Notes: a model not told the origin generated them from the letters alone. A stretch of DNA of 64,000 bases from a virus (IMGVR_UViG_3300043468_001414:1-64000), one strand, 5' to 3'; positions 9,001 through 17,953 are shown, counted from the stretch's first letter. Made by a program: numbers and translations.

Positions 9001-9733
9001 CCGTGTTAAAAAACGCGAGTGGGAGAAGGCATGGTTTCGCAACGCGCTGACGACGGCTGGGCTGACTGCGACAGGGCTGGCTGGCGCGGCAGCGTGGCGC
9101 TATGGCCGCATGAATCCTGGCACGGGCTTTGGAAAATTTGTGGCAAATACGGAGCGAGGTGTCCGCAAGACCAAGGATGATATCAAGTCGGGCTTGGGTC
9201 GCATTATGGGTGCCGCTGATGAGGTTACTGGGCCTGCTAAATTTATAAGAAAATTGTTGTCTGCCAAGTTGAAGTTGCGCGAATTTGATCTCTTTGCCAG
9301 CGCGGCAGGGTGGGATACACGCGACCCACGCGGGAGGTCGGTTCGCGTGTATGCTCCAGGCAGTCGCCCGCGTAATAGGCGTGAGAAATACTGGCATGAA
9401 AAGACTGAGAACCAACGCAAGCTTATGATCGCAGCTGGCGTCGGAGCTGCGGCTATCGGCGGGCTTGGCGGCGTGGCGGCTTATCGGCTCGCCAAGGGGA
9501 AATCGCTTGTGCCGAGTTTTATGCTCAAGAAGCCGCAGCCACAGGTTCAGGCTCCTCTGCCTGCTGCGGCTCGTTGGGAAAAAAATTCCAAAGGCAAATT
9601 CGTTCCAAAACCGAGAGGGGTAGAGGGGAAGGTTAATCCTCATTTCAAGGGAGATGCTCCATTGACTCCAGAAGAAATCGCTCGTCAGCAAAGAAAATGG
9701 AGAGACATGGCAAATCCTAATAACGCCGCCTAA
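6062..9733 (+). CDS. Large modular basic polyprotein-like protein (glycine zippers, DUF2786-like segment); alternative start at 6275
   Basis: 1223-aa ORF with about 7 linker motifs and many G/A-rich hydrophobic segments; GTTGAC 6253 precedes in-frame ATG 6275. Confidence 0.75.
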   Translation: MSEFIRKAIQKSLLLKKKPHLAPKATPVTDPANWEDAKSKLREILRANGGKPGPWLDDNGQMRLLTRRWVGMKRLKEFRYDAPTPQEERRGLLRTGLLAGGIAAAGGLAGLGLYKSGLSSYARRADRLEKLVKKIHGQRTNLGQKARDAAASRGAAKQSAQDASIFSQGLREKRQAAAAAVAAKAAQASEAANVAAAKKFNKTATAYYDPASAANKRVAREASVAAKKKAPVSAPSVPKTEIPEEVFSAVPEAPIKKAAAAPTEKFSSWAQAKGAFNKGKITKEQLDSMKFSSAEVPKEFDFQNDEGGIPLTGRVARDRFVKKIRDEDLDRRDANILRAGGAGALAGLMFRGGLSRGKRALIGAGAGGLGVIGIRALTNNDRDIYGERNRGSKRAELIPAVGGLGAAAWLGMRRFKGLSSKLRGTKFFEKRERREKRELNPYVGAALSGGVSGASLGALSWLKRGTSVASAGATAAKLGALSAGIVGGGALIGSRIVGDPRKEEGAPFTKRAALGGAISGALVGGAGGLLLRNTKFMKDAAKTWRPAKWMTDAPALGAGALGALGGAVIGGAQGADEGQQVDSIRNIRKDIKQKNFSLREFRALPAVAVKQVWKTDPALRADFAKRVVAKVRAAVAANNKQYGVKEFQVSPLNVESMAKTKERRASERANFLKGIGVAAAVGLAGVGGYRVGRVISKVDINAAKRAAEAASEEAGWQKRSAERWRKSWQDEASSASRARQEASSASRARQEARASSWREENRKWEEDFRNKWGNPQGSSGASSSGHDSDYAKRSADAAKKWRQEQSRSSASSSSYRAESGTGSKDYTPPPRSRAKGTGEDRNPHVGTAKEDAWEKWRAMDRMAKESKNEGERETAARMRDMWKKKHNLARKLRGLKLFGRDDQPRYRESKVWADPVMGWIRGDDLVDKDGNKWSPTSPQLVNAMHNKARGIRVNVQRGAGLAGDTSAVLQGKERERDASGRVKKREWEKAWFRNALTTAGLTATGLAGAAAWRYGRMNPGTGFGKFVANTERGVRKTKDDIKSGLGRIMGAADEVTGPAKFIRKLLSAKLKLREFDLFASAAGWDTRDPRGRSVRVYAPGSRPRNRREKYWHEKTENQRKLMIAAGVGAAAIGGLGGVAAYRLAKGKSLVPSFMLKKPQPQVQAPLPAAARWEKNSKGKFVPKPRGVEGKVNPHFKGDAPLTPEEIARQQRKWRDMANPNNAA
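8252..8311 (+). repeat. 30-bp tandem duplication (EASSASRARQ x2)
   Basis: GAGGCGTCGAGTGCTTCTCGTGCGCGGCAG occurs twice in tandem. Confidence 0.85.
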
Positions 9734-9739
9734 AAATTT

Positions 9740-12322
9740 ATGAACGATCCAAGACCTCGTAATAACCAAGGCCAATTTGCCTCTCAAAGCATCGATGGCA
9801 TTGATGCCAATACGACTTCCACGGCTTATAATCCCCAAGTCATCGAGCAACGCAAACTCTCGCTGATCGAAAAAATCCGACGGATGCGCGGCGTTCGCAA
9901 TGGCGTGGAGGAGGCGGGGCCTCGACAGCAGCAACTTTCCGCGAAGCTTCGGCTACGCGAGTTGGCGCAGCGGCAGTCTCAAGAAGATCCCGCTTTAGGC
10001 CGCGCCGGAAGTCTGCTTCTTGCGGGTGGGGTTGGAGCCGTGGGGAATCTGGCTGCGGTGACGGTAGCGAAGGAAGTAATGGACGCAAAAAAGCAGCAGG
10101 GGTTGGATTTTTTTGGGCAGCCTCGCGGCTCGGAGATGAAGCCGATGATGGCATGGGGCAGGACGAAAGAAGAAGCCAATGAGAAACTTCGCAAGGCTAC
10201 AGAAGAGGTGAATGGGCGTAACCGCAAGGTGCAGCGCGAGTATCTGCGCTCCAATCCTGATGCCCGCCGTAGTGAGGTGCTTGATAGATTTGCTCGCAGG
10301 AAAGGATATGATATCGCTGTTGGTGATCCCGGCATCGCTCCGAAGGGGGCTATTCCTGGTAAGTCGAGAGGTATATTCCAAAGAGGGCATGCTGACCCTG
10401 ATTTTATAAGGGCGCATGAGGCGGGGCATGTGGCTCAAAATCTCGGCGGCAAAAATCTTCCCTTTAACAAAAGTATCCGGCAGGCCTTTATGTTTGCGCC
10501 TTTGGGGGCGACTTCCGCTCTTGTGAACAAGGACAAGTCGAATGACAAGGTTGCGACGGGAATCGCTGCTGCGGGAACTCTGGCTGCGTTGCCGACATTG
10601 CATAACGAGGTGGATGCTTCTGTGCGTGGCTACAAGATCATGCGCAAGCTCGGCTCAACGCGCCTGCGTGCAGCGGGTGCATTTGTAGGGTTGCCCACCT
10701 ATGCCGCTATCGCCGCCATGCCAGCATTGGGCTGGGGTGCGCGAAAGCTCCGGCAGGCTCGCTCGGAGGAAAAAGATGGCAAGCAGCTCTCTGCGAAGCT
10801 TCGCCTGCGGGAGTTGGCGCGCGTGGCGGCTCAACCCTATCCCGAAGAGGAGCGAAAGGGTGGCATCGGCAAGATCGGTGCATTGGGGCTGGGCCTTGGG
10901 CTGGGTATCGGTGGCGCGATAGGTGGCGCACGGTATCTGCGGCCTATTCTCAAGCGTGGGGTCGGTCGTGCATCGGATAGCTTGGCAAGCGTTGCTGCAT
11001 CGGCAGGGAATGCGATCCCCAAGATGACCAGCGAGGTCGAAAAAACGGCAAGGTCGGCTCAGGCTACAGCCAAGGCAGCACAGACTGCTGTGATTCAAGC
11101 TTCACGAAACATTGACGACGCCACGCTGGTTCCCCGGACGATGGGAAAAATTGCCAGATCGGAGGTTTTCCCGAGGGCTTGGAATATCATGAACCCGCGT
11201 GCGCGTTGGAAGGAAATCAAGAGCGGATTTGATGCTGGGGTGGAAGAGTCTCGCTTGCGTGGTAAATACATAGATCGCGTGCGGCGGCGTGCTGCGGAGC
11301 GAGGGGTGTCGGGATTAGATCAAAAAATGCTAAGGCAGGCGGCAATAGAAAATGTGCCTACTGGCACAGTGCCGATCTTCCAAGCCTGGCGGCCCAGTTG
11401 GGCGCGCGTCACGCCAGAGCGCGTGAAGTTGGCTGGGCCAAAGGCTGGGGCGAAACTTTACTCTGCCAAGCTGCGATTGCGTGAACTCTCTTTTGCGAGT
11501 GATGCGCTGAGGGAATTCGCCGAAGAGAAACGCCCGCTGACCACTAAACAAAAGCTGGGGATAGCGGCTGGGCTGGGCACGGCTGCTGTGGGGGCGACGC
11601 TCATGCCAGCGGCGGGCAAGATGTTTCGTATCGCCACGCGCGATATGGCGCACGATACGCTGACGGGCTGGGCGAAGAAGCGCGGCTTGCGTTCATTTAT
11701 CAAGCCGCCCAAAAGCGATCCGAATCGGGATGGGCGGTTTGTTGCCGATTACATCGACGGCGCGCAATCAATCTTGAACAAGGGAGTGCAGGGTAAGATC
11801 GCGGGTAAGATTCTCCAGCACGCCAAGGCGAACCCGAAGGGTAAGGTGGCTAAAGTAGTGGGTGGCGAATTGGGTGATTATGGAGTGAGCCACTATGCGA
11901 GATTCCGCTCAGGGCCTCGGGAAGCCATGAAGCATTGGGACAGTGAAGTGGGTGATCTCAAAAACCACATCGGCAAGCAACAAGGTATTTTGGATGCAAA
12001 TAACAATTTTGTGCCAGGAGCAAACCCGGCAAAAGTTAAAAAAACCCAAGCGCGGCGTGATGAGATGGCCGCTGGGCGCAAAGCTGTGGATGACGAGATC
12101 AATGAACAGCTTTGGCATCATGGCAAAAGCGAGTCCGAGGCGTTGCGGCATGTGGCGGAAAACACAAAAAATCCTGCTGCCTTGCAATATTTTAAGAACT
12201 TAGCGCACCATAACAGGGGGGCTGCTGCGAAGTATGCCAAGATCTCTTTGGTGGCACCTGGGATGGTGGTTGGTGGTGGAGCCACTGCGGGGCTTTCAAT
12301 GCGGAGAAAGGAAAATCAATGA
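9740..12322 (+). CDS. Modular polyprotein-like protein containing a zincin metallopeptidase module
   Basis: Three SAKLRLREL linkers (9935, 10787, 11459); AHEAGH at about 10412 plus downstream NEVDAS.RG. Confidence 0.75.
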   Translation: MNDPRPRNNQGQFASQSIDGIDANTTSTAYNPQVIEQRKLSLIEKIRRMRGVRNGVEEAGPRQQQLSAKLRLRELAQRQSQEDPALGRAGSLLLAGGVGAVGNLAAVTVAKEVMDAKKQQGLDFFGQPRGSEMKPMMAWGRTKEEANEKLRKATEEVNGRNRKVQREYLRSNPDARRSEVLDRFARRKGYDIAVGDPGIAPKGAIPGKSRGIFQRGHADPDFIRAHEAGHVAQNLGGKNLPFNKSIRQAFMFAPLGATSALVNKDKSNDKVATGIAAAGTLAALPTLHNEVDASVRGYKIMRKLGSTRLRAAGAFVGLPTYAAIAAMPALGWGARKLRQARSEEKDGKQLSAKLRLRELARVAAQPYPEEERKGGIGKIGALGLGLGLGIGGAIGGARYLRPILKRGVGRASDSLASVAASAGNAIPKMTSEVEKTARSAQATAKAAQTAVIQASRNIDDATLVPRTMGKIARSEVFPRAWNIMNPRARWKEIKSGFDAGVEESRLRGKYIDRVRRRAAERGVSGLDQKMLRQAAIENVPTGTVPIFQAWRPSWARVTPERVKLAGPKAGAKLYSAKLRLRELSFASDALREFAEEKRPLTTKQKLGIAAGLGTAAVGATLMPAAGKMFRIATRDMAHDTLTGWAKKRGLRSFIKPPKSDPNRDGRFVADYIDGAQSILNKGVQGKIAGKILQHAKANPKGKVAKVVGGELGDYGVSHYARFRSGPREAMKHWDSEVGDLKNHIGKQQGILDANNNFVPGANPAKVKKTQARRDEMAAGRKAVDDEINEQLWHHGKSESEALRHVAENTKNPAALQYFKNLAHHNRGAAAKYAKISLVAPGMVVGGGATAGLSMRRKENQ

Positions 12323-13455
12323 ACTACTTAATGAGGCTTCATGAATTGGCTTCGCGGAGCCAACGCCAAGTAGATCGGCAAGAAGTGCTGAGTAATGCCA
12401 GCGGAGTCGCTGGAGCGGGATTGGTCGGCGCTGGTGGTGTGGCGGCGTATCGGGCGATCAATCCGACAGTAGGCATCACCTACGGCAAGACAAATGCCTA
12501 TCGCGGGCACCTCAGTCATGCCGAGGATGTGAAGAAAATTTTGGATGGAGCGGGTGTTAAGTCGTCCATGCATAATGCAAATACTCGTGGTTTTTTTGGT
12601 TCTCAGCGGCACGCTGTAATGGTGAATACCGGCTTCGGGCCAAATGTTGTGGGGGCATCACGGGTTAAATTCAAGCCGGATTACACGGCTGTGACGGATT
12701 CGGTATTGCCTGTTATGCCCGACGCCATGAGCAAGCCGATCAAATCCCGCAAGAGGACTGCTGGCGTTTATGGCGGCGGCGGTGGGGTGGATGTAGGTGC
12801 CAAGGTTCCGCACCTCGCCAAGGCGCATGAAGATTTTGACGCGATCCATCTCTACGCAGGGCCGAAATCCAAGAACATTAAGCCGGGGTATGCAGGCGGT
12901 GGCTATGAGGAGGCGCAGGCGGCGGTGGCAGAGTTGGCAAAAACGAACCCTGCGGCGGCTGCGAAATTTAAAGTTCATAGTTCGATGAGTCGCAAAGCGA
13001 TCAAAAATGCGGTCCGCGCTCATTCGGTAAATATCGGAAACGCGGGGGCGGGCACGATGCACGAAGTCGCGGCAAGTCCTAAGCCCGGTGTAATCTGGCA
13101 GGCGAGTCCTTACGCATCGAATCATTTCAAGGTGAATGAGGCGTTGGCGCACCGGTATGGGATGCGTGTGGCGCGAGGGGCAAATGATATTGCCCGGAAC
13201 GAGGATGCGGTGGCTCACTTGAGGCATATCGCTCGTGACAGCACGCGCGCGGTAGAGCGTCAGAAGGAATCAGCGGAGCAGATGATTCGAGATGGGGCTA
13301 AGAGCCGATCTGCCTTTGTCGATGATGTGAAGTCGGCTCTCAATAAGAGTCGTCGGCGGAATGTGATGGCGGCGGCAGGACTTGGGGGCGTCGGCCTTCT
13401 TCTTGGGGCGAACGCTATACGCTCTCGAAATTCCAAAACAAAAAATAAACCATGA
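12319..13455 (+). CDS. GT-B glycosyltransferase-like protein (MurG/GT28-like) flanked by glycine zippers
   Basis: N-terminal RGHLSHA, central YGGGGG, C-terminal GNAGAGTMHEVAASPKPGVI resembling the MurG GxxTxxE...P motif; starts LHELASRS. Confidence 0.6.
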   Translation: MNYLMRLHELASRSQRQVDRQEVLSNASGVAGAGLVGAGGVAAYRAINPTVGITYGKTNAYRGHLSHAEDVKKILDGAGVKSSMHNANTRGFFGSQRHAVMVNTGFGPNVVGASRVKFKPDYTAVTDSVLPVMPDAMSKPIKSRKRTAGVYGGGGGVDVGAKVPHLAKAHEDFDAIHLYAGPKSKNIKPGYAGGGYEEAQAAVAELAKTNPAAAAKFKVHSSMSRKAIKNAVRAHSVNIGNAGAGTMHEVAASPKPGVIWQASPYASNHFKVNEALAHRYGMRVARGANDIARNEDAVAHLRHIARDSTRAVERQKESAEQMIRDGAKSRSAFVDDVKSALNKSRRRNVMAAAGLGGVGLLLGANAIRSRNSKTKNKP

Positions 13456-14450
13456 AAAAAACAACCCAATGGGGAGCTGTAGCGCAAGCCGCGCAGGCGG
13501 CGGATCATAAATCGAAGCTCGACCAAGCTCTGGCCGATCTCGATGCCGAGCGCAAGGCGCACGCGGAGACGGTGCGGGCGCTCGAGCGGGCGCGCACGGG
13601 CACTCGCCCGATCGTGAAGGCGAAGCCGACTTCGCCCAAGTCGGGAGCGGGCGACATTGTGGAAGTGATTTTTTCGGATGTGCACGGGAATAAGCATGAC
13701 CCAGCGGCTTTTTCGGCTTTTCTCGGGGATCTTAAGACTTTGCAGCCCGATCGCATTGTGATCGGCGGGGATTTTATTGATTGCGGCGGGTTTTTGGCGG
13801 AGCACCACACGCTCGGCTATGTGGCTGAGACGGAGGATAGCTACGAGGACGATGTTCGTGTGGCGAATGATTTGCTGGATGCCGTGGCGCACTACTCGAA
13901 CTGCGGCGACATTCATTACATCGAAGGCAATCATGAGTGGCGCGTGGAACGCTGGGCGCTCACCCAACGCCTTGCGCATCACAAGGACATCGACTTGCTG
14001 CGCCGAACTTTTTGCGCCGAGCATGTTCTGAAGCTCGCCGAGCGGGGTATCAAATACTACCACCAGGGCAAGGCGCATGGCGACTGCGATGTGCCGGGCT
14101 GGGTGAAGATGGATAAAATGTATTTTGTCCACAAAATCTCAAACGCCCGCGATGCGGCGGAGGTGGCGATGGCGAAAGCGGGGGGCAATATCTGTTACTT
14201 CGACACGCACCGCGCGAGCTTTAAGCCGAAAAACATCCCAGGGCTGGGCCTCATTTCGGCGTGGAATCCCGGCTGTCTCTGCAAGCGGCAGCCACTCTAT
14301 GCGAATACGCGCCCGACCGAGTGGACGCATGGATATCTCATCCGCTTCATTTCGCGAAAGACGGGCGCGTTTCAGATGATCAATGTCACGATCAATGATG
14401 GCGTGAGCTATGCGGGAATGCTGCTCAAGGGCACGGAAAAAAAACCTTAA
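13452..14450 (+). CDS. Calcineurin-like metallophosphoesterase with N-terminal coiled coil
   Basis: SDVH, GGDFID, EGNHE, THR motifs. Confidence 0.85.
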   Translation: MKKTTQWGAVAQAAQAADHKSKLDQALADLDAERKAHAETVRALERARTGTRPIVKAKPTSPKSGAGDIVEVIFSDVHGNKHDPAAFSAFLGDLKTLQPDRIVIGGDFIDCGGFLAEHHTLGYVAETEDSYEDDVRVANDLLDAVAHYSNCGDIHYIEGNHEWRVERWALTQRLAHHKDIDLLRRTFCAEHVLKLAERGIKYYHQGKAHGDCDVPGWVKMDKMYFVHKISNARDAAEVAMAKAGGNICYFDTHRASFKPKNIPGLGLISAWNPGCLCKRQPLYANTRPTEWTHGYLIRFISRKTGAFQMINVTINDGVSYAGMLLKGTEKKP

Positions 14451-14454
14451 AAAT

Positions 14455-14934
14455 ATGGCAAATCTTTGGAAGCGCATCGTCAAGCAACAAATGGTCGAGG
14501 AGCATGAGAGTGATCCGAAATACATGTGGGAGACTTATGCCAAGCAGGGGTGGCAAAAGCGCGAGCATGTGGCCGAGGCCTTGGAGTGCCATGAAGATAA
14601 AGTGCAGTCTCTTTTGAAAAGTGCGATCACTTCCAAGAAGATCGAGCGGCGAGACGTGGTGATCTGGAGCAAGCTCAACAAGGAGCTAATCAAGATCGTG
14701 GCGTATCGCGAGAAAGGAAAGCATCCCGAAGAAAAAGCTCCAAAGCCTGCCAAGAAAGCCAAGCGCAAGGCGCTCAAGCCTGCGGTGGGCATGGCGGTGA
14801 GGTCGCGCCGAGGAAATTCCGGCAAGATCGTTCATGCTGGCAAATCGGTTTTCACGGTGGAGTGGGAGAATGGCTCTGTGACGAATCCCTCCCTCGCCTC
14901 GTTCAAGAAAAGAGACATCATTTTGGAGGGTTAA
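14455..14934 (+). CDS. Hypothetical protein (possible winged-helix N-terminus)
   Basis: ORF in operon; REHVAEALECHEDKVQSLL is HTH-like. Confidence 0.55.
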   Translation: MANLWKRIVKQQMVEEHESDPKYMWETYAKQGWQKREHVAEALECHEDKVQSLLKSAITSKKIERRDVVIWSKLNKELIKIVAYREKGKHPEEKAPKPAKKAKRKALKPAVGMAVRSRRGNSGKIVHAGKSVFTVEWENGSVTNPSLASFKKRDIILEG

Positions 14935-14936
14935 AT

Positions 14937-15176
14937 ATGTCGCGGCGCGGCAAGCCTTCCGATCGTAGTGAGGTTGTCGTGCGGTTGCAGGACAAGTTTG
15001 CAGAGCATTTTGATGCTGGTGTCGGCATTTTCTCGTGGGAAGAGGGCGGCGAGACGCATTTCGTGACGCTTAAATTTGGCAATTCTTTCACGGTAGATGC
15101 CATGATCGATCAGTTGCGGGGCTGTATCGAGGGCGGCGGCGAAGAGGAAAACGACGAGGAAGACGAGGAAGAGTAG
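14937..15176 (+). CDS. Hypothetical protein with acidic tail
   Basis: ATG 2 nt after the upstream stop; ends EEENDEEDEEE. Confidence 0.55.
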   Translation: MSRRGKPSDRSEVVVRLQDKFAEHFDAGVGIFSWEEGGETHFVTLKFGNSFTVDAMIDQLRGCIEGGGEEENDEEDEEE

Positions 15177-15206
15177 TCTTTTCGTTGACGCGCCCCGGAA
15201 AGGGGC

Positions 15207-16517
15207 ATGGCAGACCTCAAAGAATTTTTCGCTCCCTTCGTTACCCAGAAGGTCGATCCAGCCAATGGGATTATCTACGGCGTCTCGGTGATCACCTCGG
15301 GCATCAAAGCCCGCGGGCATGATCTCGAAGTCGATAGCACCACCCTATCTCAAATTAAAGAATGTGCCGAAAAGCTCGGCACGGTTCCCGTGAAGTGGAA
15401 TCACCGCACCGGCGCGGATGCCGTGGCGGGGTATCTGGAAAATTTCCGCATCGAGGGCGGCAAACTCCTCGGCGATTGGCACCTTCTCAAAAGCCACTCG
15501 CAATTCGGCCAAGCGATCGAAATGGCCGAGCGCATGCCCCGCAATGTGGGCCTTTCCGCCGCCTTCATGGGCGAGGACGAAATGAGCGGCGGCGTCAAAA
15601 AGGCGCGCTGCTCAGAACTCATTTCCGTGGATCTCGTGGCGCAACCCGCCGCGAATCCTAACGGCCTCTTCGAGGCGAAGATGCCAGAGCAGTCCACGGA
15701 ACTCGCCTCGCAAGTTGACACAATAACCACAAACCGTATGGATCAAAATACCAACACAAACACCAACGCAGTGGCGGATGAGCCCTCCTTGAAGGATGTT
15801 CTCGCGGCCCTGAATCAACTCTCTGAGCAGGTCACTGCCCAGCAAGAGACTATCGCCGCCCTGCAAGGTGCGGAAAACAATGAGGCCGAGGATATCTCGA
15901 TCGAGGAGATCATGGATCTCACCGACGAAGACATCTTTGCGCTTCTCCAAGCCGGTGAAATTTCCGAAGAGGACGCCGCTGGGATCAAAGCCTACCAAGC
16001 CGAAGTCGTTGCCGCCAACGAGGCCGAGCAATCTGAAGGCCAAGGCGAAGACGAGCCAGCCGAAGGCGAACTCGCTGGCATTGGCGCCGGTTCGGATAGC
16101 TCCTCCACAGGATCTTCCGCCGAACTCTCCGCGCTTCAAAAACAAGTCAAGGAACTCAGCGCCCGTTTCGAGCGCGAAGACGCCGCGACTGAAAATGCCG
16201 AGATCGAACACTATTTCGCAACCATCGAGGGCAACCTCACCACCCTCGCCCAGGAGAAAGCTGCGCTCACCGAGTTCAGCGAGAAACTCCAAGCCGAGAA
16301 CGAGGCTCTCCGTCACGCCGTGAAAACTGGCACCCGCCCGCTGGCATTCAGCGCCGAGGGCCGCGCCACCACTGGCAGCCATGGCGAACTCCATGAGTTC
16401 GATAGCCGCGTGAAGAACCACACCGAATCGGGCAAGACCCGCGCACAAGCCGTGATGCTCGCCCACAAAGAAAATCCGGAAGCCCACCAAGATTGGATCC
16501 GGCAGCAAAGCAAATAA
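15207..16517 (+). CDS. Prohead protease fused to scaffolding protein
   Basis: N-terminal about 160 aa with VKWNH, GLS, SVDLV..PAA (HK97/herpes-fold protease pattern); acidic coiled-coil C-terminus; upstream of the capsid genes. Confidence 0.8.
   Translation: MADLKEFFAPFVTQKVDPANGIIYGVSVITSGIKARGHDLEVDSTTLSQIKECAEKLGTVPVKWNHRTGADAVAGYLENFRIEGGKLLGDWHLLKSHSQFGQAIEMAERMPRNVGLSAAFMGEDEMSGGVKKARCSELISVDLVAQPAANPNGLFEAKMPEQSTELASQVDTITTNRMDQNTNTNTNAVADEPSLKDVLAALNQLSEQVTAQQETIAALQGAENNEAEDISIEEIMDLTDEDIFALLQAGEISEEDAAGIKAYQAEVVAANEAEQSEGQGEDEPAEGELAGIGAGSDSSSTGSSAELSALQKQVKELSARFEREDAATENAEIEHYFATIEGNLTTLAQEKAALTEFSEKLQAENEALRHAVKTGTRPLAFSAEGRATTGSHGELHEFDSRVKNHTESGKTRAQAVMLAHKENPEAHQDWIRQQSK
15738..16517 (+). 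CDS. Nested in-frame scaffolding protein
   Basis: GTTGAC 15714, then in-frame ATG 15738 (MDQNTNTN) at the protease/coiled-coil boundary. Confidence 0.6.
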   Translation: MDQNTNTNTNAVADEPSLKDVLAALNQLSEQVTAQQETIAALQGAENNEAEDISIEEIMDLTDEDIFALLQAGEISEEDAAGIKAYQAEVVAANEAEQSEGQGEDEPAEGELAGIGAGSDSSSTGSSAELSALQKQVKELSARFEREDAATENAEIEHYFATIEGNLTTLAQEKAALTEFSEKLQAENEALRHAVKTGTRPLAFSAEGRATTGSHGELHEFDSRVKNHTESGKTRAQAVMLAHKENPEAHQDWIRQQSK

Positions 16518-16536
16518 TTACCAAGGATAATAATAT

Positions 16537-16905
16537 ATGAACTTCAATACTGTTGTTTCACTTCCAGCGGCTGCGGATTTTAGCGCCGTCGAAAACGCCT
16601 CCGTCAAATTCACATCTGCGGGCGTCGAGCTTGCGGGAGCTTCTGATCGAGTTATCGGAACCGTCATTCGCGCCGCCGCCCAGCCTTTTGTGGTTGGCAA
16701 GGCCTGCGACGTCTTCCTTCGCGGCAATGGTTTCCATTATGTCCGCGTTGGCAATGCCACAGCGATCGCGATCGGCGACGAGCTGGAGCAAGCCGCCGGC
16801 GGCTTGTATGTCAAGAAAACCACCGGCGCCGCTGCTGCCCTCGCCATCGAGGCGGCTCCCGCCAACAGCAATGGAGGCGGCCAAATCCGCGCCATCCTGC
16901 TCTAA
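16537..16905 (+). CDS. Capsid decoration/cement protein
   Basis: 122 aa, Ala/Gly-rich beta protein (IAIGDEL...G) between scaffold and MCP. Confidence 0.7.
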   Translation: MNFNTVVSLPAAADFSAVENASVKFTSAGVELAGASDRVIGTVIRAAAQPFVVGKACDVFLRGNGFHYVRVGNATAIAIGDELEQAAGGLYVKKTTGAAAALAIEAAPANSNGGGQIRAILL

Positions 16906-16935
16906 AACAAATCACAATTAAATAGATAAACCAAT

Positions 16936-17895
16936 ATGGCTTACAATACCACAGATTCCGTTCCACGGCAGGACATCAGCACTCTCCTGATGGAGGCCGT
17001 GCACCAAGAAAAACACTACATCGCTCCGATGCTTCTGCCGATCTACGGCAGCGAGCGCGAAGTGGGTCGCTATCCGAAATTCACCATCGGCAAGGGCGAA
17101 CTCCTCAAGCGCGAGAGCCAAAAGCGCGGCGCTACCGGCACCTACAACGAGTCCGATGAGGTCTTCGAGTGGGACAACTATCAGACCGTCGAATACGGCC
17201 ACGAGAAGCGCATCGATGATGTCGTCCGCAAGCAAATGCGCGACTTCTTCGACGCCGAAATGGTGACAGCGAAATTCTGCTCAAACAAATTGATGCTGGA
17301 TTACGAGATCGAGGCCGCTAACGCGCTCTTGAATCCGACCACCTTCACAGCTTCGGCTGCGAGCACCGCCTACACCGAGGCAAACCTCGACACGATGGAT
17401 GTGCCTGCGGACATCAACGCCACCATCGAGCAACTCACCCTCTTGGGCGAGGAGCCCAACACGATGGTTTTGAGCCTTCCTCTCTTCAACCGCCTCAAGC
17501 GCTCGAAGAAACTCCAGACCTACCTGTATGGTCACTTGAACACCACCCAAGGCGGCTCCAATATCACCTCGGAGATTATTGCGGCTTCCTTCGGTATCGC
17601 CAATGTGATCGTGGCTAAGAAGAGCTACGACAGCGGCATCAAAGGCAAGACCAGCGTTGGCCCCGTATGGAGCAACAACTACATCTGGATCGGCGATGTC
17701 CAAGGCGGCGACTTCATGAACGGCGGCGCAGGCCGCACGATCATCTGGGATGCCGACTCCGAAGGCGGTCTCTTCACCTCGGATCAATACCGCGACGAAG
17801 CTCGCCGCGGCGACAAGATCCGTGTTCGCTCGAACCGCACCATCAAGGTCATCAACCAAAATTCGGCCCGTCTCATCACGACGAACTGGGCCTAA
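16936..17895 (+). CDS. Major capsid protein (HK97 fold, lambda gpE-like)
   Basis: 319 aa; PNTMVLS...L; position; strongly C-ending codon bias; followed by a terminator. Confidence 0.85.
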   Translation: MAYNTTDSVPRQDISTLLMEAVHQEKHYIAPMLLPIYGSEREVGRYPKFTIGKGELLKRESQKRGATGTYNESDEVFEWDNYQTVEYGHEKRIDDVVRKQMRDFFDAEMVTAKFCSNKLMLDYEIEAANALLNPTTFTASAASTAYTEANLDTMDVPADINATIEQLTLLGEEPNTMVLSLPLFNRLKRSKKLQTYLYGHLNTTQGGSNITSEIIAASFGIANVIVAKKSYDSGIKGKTSVGPVWSNNYIWIGDVQGGDFMNGGAGRTIIWDADSEGGLFTSDQYRDEARRGDKIRVRSNRTIKVINQNSARLITTNWA

Positions 17896-17897
17896 TC

Positions 17898-17950
17898 GGG
17901 AGAGGGGGGCCGTTTAGCCGGGCTGCGGCGGCTCCCCTCCCAACCTTTTT
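17898..17950 (+). terminator. Probable intrinsic terminator after the MCP
   Basis: GGGAGAGGGGGCCG...CGGCTCCCCTCCC hairpin followed by AACCTTTTT. Confidence 0.55.
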
Positions 17951-17953
17951 GAA

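Noticed and set aside
8408-9934. 508-aa minus-strand ORF and other long antisense ORFs (e.g. 43117-44139, 62068-63006, and 58395-59321 on +)
   Set aside because: Shadow frames of well-supported genes in GC-rich DNA; no recognisable motifs
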